Origin: Epiperipatus broadwayi | Lineage: Eukaryota; Animalia; Onychophora | Direction: 5' to 3' | NCBI GenBank assembly: GCA_028023455.1 | Contig: JAQFVV010000003.1 | Coordinates: 7,192,001 to 7,256,000, forward strand | DNA: 64,000 nt | Part shown: piece by piece, positions 52,681 through 64,000 of the stretch | Position numbering within the stretch: position 1 is the stretch's first letter | How the letters are laid out: each line of letters starts with the position of its first letter | Position numbers and translations under genes: made by a program | Notes under the pieces: generated by a model | What the model was told of the DNA's origin: nothing | What the model saw: only the letters and a program-made list of their open reading frames with translations | Databases searched by the model: none

Positions 52681-54805
52681 ACAAATAAACAAACAAATAA
52701 ACAGAGATTGTAACTTAAATAAAAGTATTTAATAAATTAGAAGTAAAATTCAATTCTCAATCAAAGAGCTTTAATGTGCACATACCTAAGCTATTCTATA
52801 AATTATCTTTTTTATTGATATTTCTTTAGATTATTATTACAAACAATTTTTAATGTGCATTTTTATATATTTATTTAATAAAGCTTACTTTAAAAAATTG
52901 CTTTTTTTTTTTATTTTCTAATACATTACTTTTTTTTAATTTTTACTCAGAAGCTTTAAAAAATTTTTTTAATTTCTTGAGGGTAATCAATTTTATTGCA
53001 AAATTAAAGCTAAAAGTAACTTTCAAATCTAAAATGATTATTAGGAACCAAAAATGTAAAAAAAAAATCCTTTTAAATATGTATGACATATATCTTCATG
53101 TTTTTTGAATATATATATATATATATAACAAATAAATTCTTAAGATCCAAAAAGCACTTCCTTGGTCTGCTTCATAATAGTTGTGGCAGATACGGATGAA
53201 TACTATATTATATCAAAACAAAATATCTTATGACTCTCTTAATTTGTATTTAAAATTCAATTGCATCAAAAGCAGTAATCTACTCTATTACATCACAAAT
53301 TCTAGAAGCACTTACATAAGCACGCATAATCAATGGGCACTAGATGACAGTGCCAACCAGATTCCCAGACAAATTTTTAGCTAAAAGCTTTCAACAGTAA
53401 GAAGAATGTTAGATTGCAGAAATGCCAAAAATGCTTATTATTAATAAAATCTAAAATAGTAATAAAATCATGCTTTTTAAAAAAGGAATGATTATTTTGT
53501 GGAAGGATACTAATCTAGTATCAGATATATATGTAAATATACCACAACCTCAATGTCGTTTAAAATCTTGAGAGATTGAAATTCTCAAGTCATTGGTTGA
53601 AACACTATTATAAAAGAAAAATTGCGGAATATGTGCAATTCAGTGTTTCTTATTAATGTAAGCAAAAAACCAGAAACTAATATGAGAATTTAGTTGGCAT
53701 TATTATCAGGTATCTATTAATTACTCATGCTTACGTAGATAATTCTATAGCAGAAAGATAAATAAAATGCAAATGACATTGTTTGCAACTATCTTTTTTT
53801 ATTTATTCAGGTTTAAATACAAACAGTGCATGTTTGGATGTCAATTTCCCTCTACTGATTACATATATATGCTGTGCTAAATTATTGATTTATGATTACA
53901 AGAATTTGACAAGTAAATAATTTGTATATGTATATATAAACTTTATTAATTTATACATACAAGAAAAGGGAATTTTGTTTATTGCAAGATTCAACTAATA
54001 ATGACTTAAAATTGAAAAAAAAAAAATTATTAAAAAAATTTATTCTGAAAAAAAGATTATTTAAATTATGACATTAAAATTTTAAAATATAAAATAGTCC
54101 ACAACAGTTGGAGTCATTTGTCAATATGGTAGATTCTTATCAAGAATTAAAATTTCTAATTCAATTCCCAGCTGAGAAAAATAAAAAAGTATCTCATTTT
54201 AATAAATGAAATGGAACGATTGTGCTTACTTTGTTACTTCAGTAGTAAGCAACTTTATTTATTTTATCGTCTGTTCATCAAACAGTTGAAACTTCAGTTA
54301 TTTTTAAAACAATATATTTTTTTTTTTTGAAGGCTGACATTTTTAAGATAATTTTTTAAACCATATTGTTAAACGGACTATTAGAAAAATAATTTAAGAA
54401 AACTCATGATTATCTTTATTCAACATCCAAAGTATTCAAATCATATAATCTGAAGGATTTTGAAAATTATACTAAAGTTACTTAAATTTGACAATTGCTT
54501 GCAAACATTGAGAATTAGTACCTTTGAGAAATTTCATTTTGGATATTTACTTTTATTGTTGAATATCTGATAGAACTGATGTAAAATATTGTTTCTGTTT
54601 AATACAGTAATACCTTACAGTAATGACTTCTTGCTTAATAGCATTTTTTTTTTAATACTTTTTACAAAATATGCACTCATGCTAAATCAGTAGTTTTTTA
54701 GCAAAATACAAATCCAAGTCTGAAAATAATGTTAAGTGCTTTTTAAAAAAAAAAAATCATGCAGTTTTCATAACTTTTTTATACATTTTAATATATAGGA
54801 TATAT

Positions 54806-54942
54806 GAGAACAGACTTTACATGACCCACCACTCTCCACACTATCTCATAACACTGATACACTCAACCCATTTGTTGAAAAAATAATCACCAATATACGT
54901 ATTTCATGCTAAACCAGCAATCATCAGTTGGTCCAGATTACC
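54806..54942 (-). mobile_element. HHR short retroelement family A, uninterrupted copy
   Basis: Reverse complement of 985-1085 joined to 1815-1858. Confidence 0.8.
54889..54932 (-). ncRNA. Minimal type I hammerhead ribozyme, family A, intact core
   Basis: Minus strand ACCAA-CTGATGA-T-TGCT-ggttt-AGCA-T-GAAA-TACGTAT-A-TTGGT. 5-bp stem I, palindromic stem III ATACGTAT, AUA triplet; the 10.1/11.1 pair is U-U. Confidence 0.85.
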
Positions 54943-56151
54943 ATCTCTACACATATATGCTATAAGTGTTCAGATATATATTAAGATAGCCAAACGTCAT
55001 ACTTTAATGGACAGGCTTCAATCTACTCCACACTCCAACTCTTCAACCTTCCATCCAATTGAAAATCTGATGATGGAATGCTCAAAGGCCGCCCTGAGAC
55101 CGAGATTCTTGTCACACCCATGATGACCTAAAGTCAATCTGACCCCTCATGTACAGGACATAATCCATTTAATACATCTATTACATCTATGATTTTCTAA
55201 CTTTATAAAGATATTGTATAATGTTTATATAATAATGTTAAGTAAATTGCTTATAAATCTAGTGCTTATGAGAAGAAAAATTGTAAATGTTTTACTTTAA
55301 AAAATTTTATACAGTACGTAACTTATAAAGATTACTGTAATCTTATTTTTTTCTTTTATTTAATCACATTTTCTTTATAAATGTATAATTATTTGTCTTA
55401 AAAAATAATTAAATATATATATATATAATTAATGAGGTTAATGAAATAATAGATTCGAGCCTCTAATCGACTATTATTACAATGTATTATATTGTTTTTG
55501 AAAACTGAATTATTACAAATAATCAGATTTAGAATAATCAAAAATCCAAGATTTGAAAAGATAACTATTAATATATATACTGCAATGTAGTGGCGAATAT
55601 GATAGTTGAAAAGATGATTATAAAGTTCTTTGATCATTAATTGGCTGTCAAAATGTAACTTGAGAATGCTCTTGGCTGGAGGTTTAGTATATGCAATCAA
55701 ATGACACACATATATTCTAATACAGATGTACTAAATAAAGAGTTAAGATTCAATTATAATTAGATTAAATTTATTTAAGCAATAGCCTTATAAAAAGTTA
55801 ATAATTAATTACCAATTTACTTATAATTTATGGATTAACTTACAACACACCACTCTTTAAACTAACAAACAAACTGGTATCTCATGAGATCCAAAACTGA
55901 TATCAGAATTCTTAAGATAAAAAAATTCACGTCTTAAAGACAGCACACAGAACATAGTTCTTACAATATCAAAGAGTTTGTGTTTTTAAATAGATTTGCT
56001 TTATTAAAATATTCTATGATTGGTTTGTATTCATTTAATATATATAATAAGTAATCGTATAACATTACAATACTAGCCCAAAAAACAAAATTGTATTAAA
56101 ATTCTTTCATGACTGTGGTTTCATCTATTAACAAATAGATATTTTCAAGAA

Positions 56152-57172
<1,021 letters not shown>

Positions 57173-57914
57173 GAAACTATGATTGTGGAAGTTTTTTTTT
57201 TTTTGGCTAATGTAATGTTATAAGATTTTATTTATAATTACTAGTACAGTGATAAGCAGAATTTATTATATACATATATATTTAAAAAGTAAAGAATATA
57301 TCAAAGTTTAATTATTAATTATTTAATAAATCAGCAAAGCATAACAAATCATCAATATAGCATACCATTCAATATAAAGGGAATCACCACACAGCTGAGA
57401 CTCAATATTTCTAGAGTAATTAAATAATTTAAGTATTTATCATTTTAATAAATTTTCATTATTTGCTTATGTATTAGATTGATAAGCAAAAAAAAAAAAT
57501 ATGAAAAAGGATTTTGGAGAGAGAAAAACAAATTTCTCTAAAAATATAAAAATTTTCTCTTCCAACAAAGAAAAAAATATAAAAGTAATACCAGATTCAA
57601 AAGTATAAAATTTGATAATCATATAGGCTGTAAGGTATTAAATTATATAAGTAAATATTCACACTTTATCCATTTTAGTAAAAGATGTACACATATACAA
57701 ACTTACTGACAGCCTTGTATCACAAATTTTTAACTTTGACTATATATAAGTTGTTCCTCATAAAATATGTTTGCTTTTATGAAATGTCCATTGTTTTTTT
57801 CCTTTTATCCATAATGTATTAATAGTATATCTAACAGTCTAACTGTTACTTATTCAGGTATAGGTCAATTTTTTAATTGAATAGACATTCACAAAAATAA
57901 TCAGGTTTTCTATA

Positions 57915-58030
57915 AGGAAAAATTAATATTCATATTAGAAACTTCGGTTACATTTTCAGAAAGTTGGAATACAACTCAAATAGATCTTGCCAGCCATTTG
58001 AGGAAAAAATCTTAAGATATTGAAGCCATC
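57915..58030 (+). mobile_element. Small decayed RTE-like LINE fragment
   Basis: SVTFSESWNTTQIDL...(F)EEKILR resembles PVVTYGSESW...FE.KILR. Confidence 0.4.
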
Positions 58031-58717
58031 TTAAATATCCAAGTCATATAACAATACTTTACACTGCCATCTAACTTCTTTTTGTTATTTTCTTAGTTTT
58101 AATTAATCTTTAGTTGTTATTAACAGTTCTTTCTCTATTATTGCTAAGAAGTTCTATTTCATTCCTGTTGTTTTTTCTAATTAATATGGATTAATTTAAG
58201 CATTCTCATTAAAACTTAATATAGAATTATGAAGAATTTAACTTAAATACCTTTCCATTAACTACTAATGACATTGCTACTATTACATGCAGCCTTTTTC
58301 TTAATCTCCTGCTTATTCATAAATAAAATAAATTGTTTGTCCTATTACTAATCCTTTATTTTAATAGGTAATGTTTTATCGTTCTGGTATTTTTTTTAAT
58401 TTATAAAAAAAATTATGTATTTCAAATAATCAAAATATATTTGACTTTATCAATCCTGTATTTTTAAGAATTTTCTTAGTAACTCTAAACCATCAAAATT
58501 AATATTTGTTTTATTTAGAGTACATGTTTAGATTTAATCATTTTAGGATCTAATCTTCCCCCTTCTAAACTGTTACATAAGTATTATTAATATTGTTTAA
58601 ACTTTAACTTTAACTTTATTTATTTATTTCTCCCCTCTTTTTCACTATACTTAAATTAATCAGCATATATTTTATAGTTAAATCTTTCATATAATATAGA
58701 TATATATGAGAGATAGT

Positions 58718-58746
58718 GACCTGGGCCAACTGATGAGTGCTGGTTC
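58718..58746 (+). mobile_element. Family A 5' fragment (half hammerhead)
   Basis: GACCTGGGCCAACTGATGAGTGCTGGTT vs AATCTGGACCAACTGATGATTGCTGGTT. Confidence 0.55.
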
Positions 58747-59607
58747 TTGGAGATCATTTGTCTTTCATTGTATCTTTATTTATATGAATTTAAAAAGAAT
58801 GTGGAAGTATGGAGGTTGATTAATATATCTATAAAAATATTATACATGGGAAAGAGAAAGATGAAGAACTCCATGTGTCTGTATGTTTAAAAATATATAT
58901 ATATATATATTAATCTTTAACTAAGGTATAAAGTTTATGTCTATGCTAGAGATAATTTCTAGTTTAGTAAATGATTAGTAATAATCATTATTGTATTTAT
59001 CTGAGGTGAATGGTGTCAAAGTTGTGAGTGGAGTGAGTTTGACAATTATAAATAAAAATGTACAATTTATTGGAAATGTTGAAAATTAAAATCACTTTTG
59101 TTTTTTAAAAACAAATTAAGCACGCACACACACACTTTTCCACTAGACAATATATATGTAAATGTGATATGTTGGACTATTTCCATTGTCTACGAGTGAA
59201 TGCTGAATGTATAGAAAATTGTAAACTTTATTTAAACTTTCCAAATACAAACAACTTGTTAGTAATAATATACAAATAGACAACACAGATTAGTAATTAC
59301 ACAATGTTTAGAGTAGTATTATTCTCCACTCTTCTTCAGGTATTGCTGGTCTATATGCACAGTGACAATATTTGCTTAGAAGTTGAACTCATACCTTTAG
59401 ATTCTTGAATATCGAACTTGAGGCAAATGCTCTACCAACTGAGCTATTCTGTCAAAGGCAACATATAGTAGAAATTTGATATATTTATATATGAGAGTTG
59501 GTTCAAATCCTCCTGAATCCTTCAATTTGTTTTTAATTTTTTAAAAGCAGGATTTGCACTAACCCTCATATATAAATATATCAAATTTCTACTATATGTT
59601 GCCTTTC

Positions 59608-59686
59608 CACAGAATAGCTCAGTTAATAGAGTGTTTGCCTCAAATTCGATATTCAAGAATCTAAAGGTGCAAGTTCAACTTCTAAG
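59608..59686 (+). pseudogene. tRNA-Phe-like Pol III head of family D (mirror copy at 59374-59453, minus strand)
   Basis: Mirror copy reads GACAGAATAGCTCAGTTGGTAGAGCATTTGCCTCAAG[TTCGATATTCAAGA]ATCTAAAGGTATGAGTTCAACT. Animal tRNA-Phe reads GCCGAAATAGCTCAGTTGGGAGAGCGTTAGACTGAAG-ATCTAAAGGTCCCTGGTTCGATCC. Confidence 0.75.
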
Positions 59687-59717
59687 TGAATATTATCACT
59701 GTGCATATAGGCCAGCA

Positions 59718-59762
59718 ACACCTGAAGAAGAGTGGAGAATAATACTACTCGAAACATTGTGT
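59718..59762 (+). ncRNA. Minimal type I hammerhead ribozyme, family D (mirror copy 59299-59343 has G12>T)
   Basis: ACAC-CTGAAGA-A-GAGTGG-agaataata-CTACTC-GAAAC-ATT-GTGT. Sister copy GAAATGTT (27434-27441) points to an ancestral GAAACGTT with palindromic stem III. Confidence 0.8.
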
Positions 59763-61499
59763 AATTACCAACCTGTGTTTCTATTTGTATCTTATTACTA
59801 ACAAGTTGTTTGTATTTGGAAAGTTTAAATAAAATATAAAATTTTCTATATATTCAGCATTCACTCATAAATGATAGAAATAGTCCAACATATCACATCT
59901 AATGATATACCATCATTACTAACTTTCAGACAAATACAATATATATGTAATTTTATAACCTTTTACTGTCAGATTGCTAGCTTGTTCGTTGTGATCAGAT
60001 AAAGGTCTGATTTATTATAGAACTACTACTTACATTAAAAGTATAATAGGTCATTGAGATCTATACATCTCAATAAATATTAGTACATATATGTGTTGTA
60101 AACTAAAATAGCTAAGACATAGGATACTATAATAAATTGGGGGATAATTAAATCATAAGAGATTAAGGTTTTCTATAGCACATCAATCTTTTAATTTATT
60201 CTAACATTGCAATTGAAAGTCAAATCAAAAATAATTAACGTTTACATAATGAAGATGCATCCCAATATATATGCACACTTAAAACTTACAAATAATTCAT
60301 TATAAAAGAAATTTTTAAAAAAAATCCAAATTAAAAGATTAATAATAATAAAAGTGGTAACATCTAGTACTCTTTCTTTATTCTTATGGATGTGAAACAG
60401 CCTTATTAAACTTTTTTACCAGATTAAGCAATTTATGGAACAAAATGCACAAACATAATGAAAGAAAAAAGATGTTCTAGTTAATGAATGACATATACAG
60501 TAAGAAAAAGTTAATTCGATTTAAAAAAACGTGTCGTATTTTACTTGAAAAAATGATTTTCTTTTAAAATGTTATTTAATGAAAAGAAGTTAATAAAATT
60601 ATTTCAAACTTCTGAAAATCACTTTAATACATATAGTCAAAAAGTAGTACTATTTTAAAAATTAAACAAAATATTCATATAATATTTTACCAAATACATG
60701 CAATTATTATTATTATTAGTTGCCATTATACCTGACAGATTACATGAATAGCATTTTCCCAGAAAGTTCTATCGTTTTCTGACTGCTCAGATGTATTCAT
60801 TAATGCTATGATGAGAGTCTATACAATTTGTTAATAGATTTCTTCTTTCATCCCCAACTTTTTCAAACATAATACAATTTATTAATAAATTATATCATTT
60901 TTATGATATGTACAAAACAGCAATATCTAAAACTGATAAATTTATACTTCAATTAAAAGATAATCATGATTTAATTAAGTATTCGCTTATTCATTTAATT
61001 TGCAATTCAGAGAATTCTCAAAAGTTTATTTCCTATTAACAGCTTTCGTAAGAGTAAAAATAAAAATAAGAAATATAAAATTTATTACTGCATTAGTCTA
61101 TTAGATGTTTTTTGACCCAGTTGATCAAAAATGCCTTATGTATGTATTTAAACTCTTCATGGAAAATAAATTTTCAAGATACAAGCCTGTATCAAGGAGA
61201 TCTATAAAAGGAATCTTTTAAAAATTGGAACTTACTAGACAGATGATTGCAGCTCCAGAGAAAAAGAATCTCTAGAAAGATTCATTATTAAAATAAATGT
61301 TTAATAATAAGTGTGTATATAATGTTAAAATAAATTGTAAATTATAAAGGAAATTTAAATGTATATAATTTGGAAATTATAGAAAAAGTTTAAAGTAAAA
61401 TAAATTATTTCATCAGCAAATATAGAAAAGTATTGCATCAGCAAATAAAGAAATCAGCTGATACACAAAATAGATTAAGTAAAAGTATTTTAACTTAAG

Positions 61500-64000
61500 A
61501 TCGATTAAGAAAAATGAGGTAATATAAAATGGTTTATTTAACAATAGTGTAAAATCATATGATGCTTTTAAGAGCTGGTAAACAATGAAGCATTGGTAGA
61601 CTGCAATTAATTAATATGAAAAAAGAGTTAAAAGATATAAAAATTCTTCTTTGTTCAAAAAAATCATCATCTTCTTGTTCTAAAGTCTGGACCGATTCGT
61701 AAATGTCTGTACAAGTTATGCTCGAGTAGAAGAAAAGTTTTTCTCTGTCTCCTTGTCCTCAGAGGGAGTCGTAGAGATGAAGCCCAGCAGAAGACCAAAA
61801 AATCATGCCTCATAAATGCCTACCTTTACTACCAGAAAGAAAGACCTGTCTAAATGAAAACAGGAGTACAGATGTCTAATGTACATGTAACAGCCATCAA
61901 GAAATAATAACTGCATTATAAGGCCTCTAAAAATGGACTCTTAACTCGATAACCGTATAAAGCTTAATCATATCATATATACATACGCGTGTCTGAGTTA
62001 TAGTAACTTTTATCTTTATCATTTTTTTTTATATTATTCTTTTCTTAACTTGTATTTGTATCTGCTATGTATGAACGTATAACGCAAAGCTACATACCTG
62101 CTTATAGCATGACTCTGATAAATAAATGTAAAAAGAGCGCTACTATCATTTATCTGGTGTAGACAGAAGTGACCGATAAGTGTCCAAAGATAAATAGTGA
62201 GAAGAACTGTTTTCTTTCTCTTGTGTCCTGGTTCCTTCATGCAGTTTTTTCAAATGCCTTGGATAAAATATGTCTCCAAGAAAAAGCCATATTGGAAATG
62301 GTAAGGTGAGAACTATGTATAATAAACTTGTAAATAATTAGTGAACTTTTGCTAATATTAATTCATGATGAAGTATAAGTATGTATTCGTATATGTAAAT
62401 ATGTTTGTGAATTTTATATTTATACTTTATTAAAATTGTAATTGTATATAAATTAAATTGTTTGCTTACATTATTTATGCTTTCTGACTGGTTTCTAAAA
62501 GAGAGAAACCCTTAGATGTTGCGTAGTGGCTCAGTTATGACAGGATTGAATCGTAAGCAAAGCGAAACATAAAAAAATTCTGAAAGAAACATGGCGGTAG
62601 ATGCTCCAATATGCAAGTTCGATGTGAATAACAGCAACTCATGAAAAACGTATAGTGGAATATCATTTCTTCATAAATAAAATCGAAGATGACCACTATA
62701 AAATTGCTACACTTTTATATTTTGTGGGACAAGACATGATACAACTAGAAAACAGGCTTACTGACCCAAAATGTCTGGAAGACCTGTCCTATCAGGAATT
62801 TATAGAGAGGATAAATGCATATTTCATCCCAAAGATTTCAAAATGGATATCGCATCTTAGACTAAGGAATAGAATGCAATTACCGCAGGAAAGATATGTA
62901 GATTTTGACCTTGCATTAAGAAAATTAGTTAAGGATTGCGAATTCGGGCAGGAAATTAATGACTCTTTATTAGAACAATTCCTATACGGTATGATGGATA
63001 ACAAATTTAGGAAAGTGCTTTTAAGTGATCCAGATTTAAATTACAAAACTGCCATGGATAAATGTATTGCACAGGAGGCCATGTTAAATATGGCATCAGA
63101 GTATAATATAGCAAAATTCCCAGAAAAAATAGCATTTAGTAGTGAAAGAAAAAAAATAATATCGGAACTTTCAGTGGCCACAGTAAGCAACTAAAATGCA
63201 ACTGCTGCAGAAAATTAGGACATTTTAAAAATGTTTGCAGATATAAGGACAAAGTGTGTAGGATTTGTATCATGAGATGGCACTTAGCTGCCGTCTGTCA
63301 TTCCAAAGAAGGCGAATCTCCGAGAAAGAAATTAGATTACAATTCATGGAATGGAATGGAATGTAAAGTGTCTATCAATGCTATCAAAAGTAACAGAAAA
63401 AAATTGGATAACACTAGTATAGAACTACAAATTTGCAATAAACAGGTGTCAATGGAAATCTACAGTGGTGCCAGTTTGTCACTTATACTGAATAAAGACT
63501 GGATGGAGATTACAAAAGACCGTGATTATAGAAAATAAAGTGCATATTTTAGGAAAAGTTACCGTGCCAGTGATGTTGAACACAAGACGTAAATTCCTTG
63601 AATTATACATAGTTAATAATGATATTAGCCCACTATTAGGCAGAAATTGATTCATGGCTTTGGGAATACATATAGAAATATTAAAAAAAGATACACACCA
63701 ATACCCAGAATTGTTTATGCCTGGACTGTCAGAATTTAGAACTAGACCAGTGGATATTGAATTAATGAAAGATGCAAAGGAAATTATATGTAAATCATGG
63801 AAAGGGCCATTTGTGATAAGAGAAAAGTTTGAGAAAAAACTAAACGATCTTGTAGATAAAGGAGTTCTTATACCTATGGAAGAGTCATTGTGGGTGACCC
63901 CTATCATGATTATAATGAAACCAGACAGTAGTATATGGCTATGCAAAGATTATCACATTTATGATAAATAAAAAAAATAAATAAGAGAGCTTACCCTGTT
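61500..64000 (+). mobile_element. Ty3/Gypsy LTR retrotransposon, 5' part (5' LTR to about 62516, PBS-like 62527-62547, gag-pro-RT), decayed; continues past the window
   Basis: AATAAA at about 62321. TGGCTCAGTTATGACAGGATT resembles the complement of a tRNA-Ser 3' end. LTR left boundary uncertain. Confidence 0.85.
62591..63971 (+). pseudogene. Gypsy gag-pol remnant (capsid, two zinc knuckles, aspartic protease, RT N-terminus)
   Basis: MAVDAPICKFDVNNSNS*, LLYFVG..., LRKLVKDCEFG...LLEQFLYG, CNCCRKLGHFKNVC, CRICIMRWHLAAVC, MEIYSGASLSLI (decayed DTGA) and SLWVTPIMIIMKPDSSIWLCKDY. Several stops and frameshifts. Confidence 0.92.

Larger units (their letters stand above)
59162..59935 (+). mobile_element. 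Family D, younger copy: inverted arm 59162-59511, 37-bp spacer, sense arm 59549-59898, tail to 59935
   Basis: 350-bp inverted arms with high identity. TSD ACAATATATATGTAA at 59147-59161 and 59936-59950. Homologous to 26208-27606 including the tail. Confidence 0.9.

Noticed and set aside
45110-55130. Other isolated CTGA(T/A/G)GA hits (about 45115, 47435, 48808, 55107)
   Set aside because: No complete stem II plus GAAA plus stem I pairing; expected by chance.
55677-55725. GGLVYAIK* resembling a Penelope GIY-YIG start (also a weaker hint near 45560)
   Set aside because: Too short, with no YIG, RxxEH or RT motifs, so no autonomous PLE can be claimed in this window.

Overview
AT-rich, strongly CpG-depleted eukaryotic (probably invertebrate animal; inference) non-genic or intronic DNA. 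No host protein-coding gene could be supported. The window is a mosaic of decayed transposable elements: hAT-Charlie MITE, mariner, Tigger/pogo, RTE, L1/Tx1-like, CR1/L2-like (PHD + SGNH esterase ORF1) and other LINE remnants, the 5' half of a Ty3/Gypsy element, two tRNA-Gly-derived mini-retroposons, and large (GT)n and (GATA)n arrays. The main result is a dense set of short non-coding retroelements built around minimal type I hammerhead ribozymes (HHR) of the Penelope/retrozyme type. There are at least five sequence families (A-E) plus a sixth (F) with the same architecture but no clear HHR. Four copies keep the CUGANGA/GAAA core (1208-1247, 27989-28029, 54889-54932, 59718-59762) and about ten more are decayed. 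Most insertions share one layout: 10-16 bp target-site duplication, sense copy (sometimes more than one monomer), 5' inverted duplication, and short re-priming stutters at the inversion junction. Family D carries a tRNA-Phe-like Pol III head with a 14-nt insertion at the canonical tRNA intron position, about 35 nt upstream of the HHR. All alignments, folds and counts were done by eye and need computational confirmation. TE family names come from remembered motifs, not database searches.
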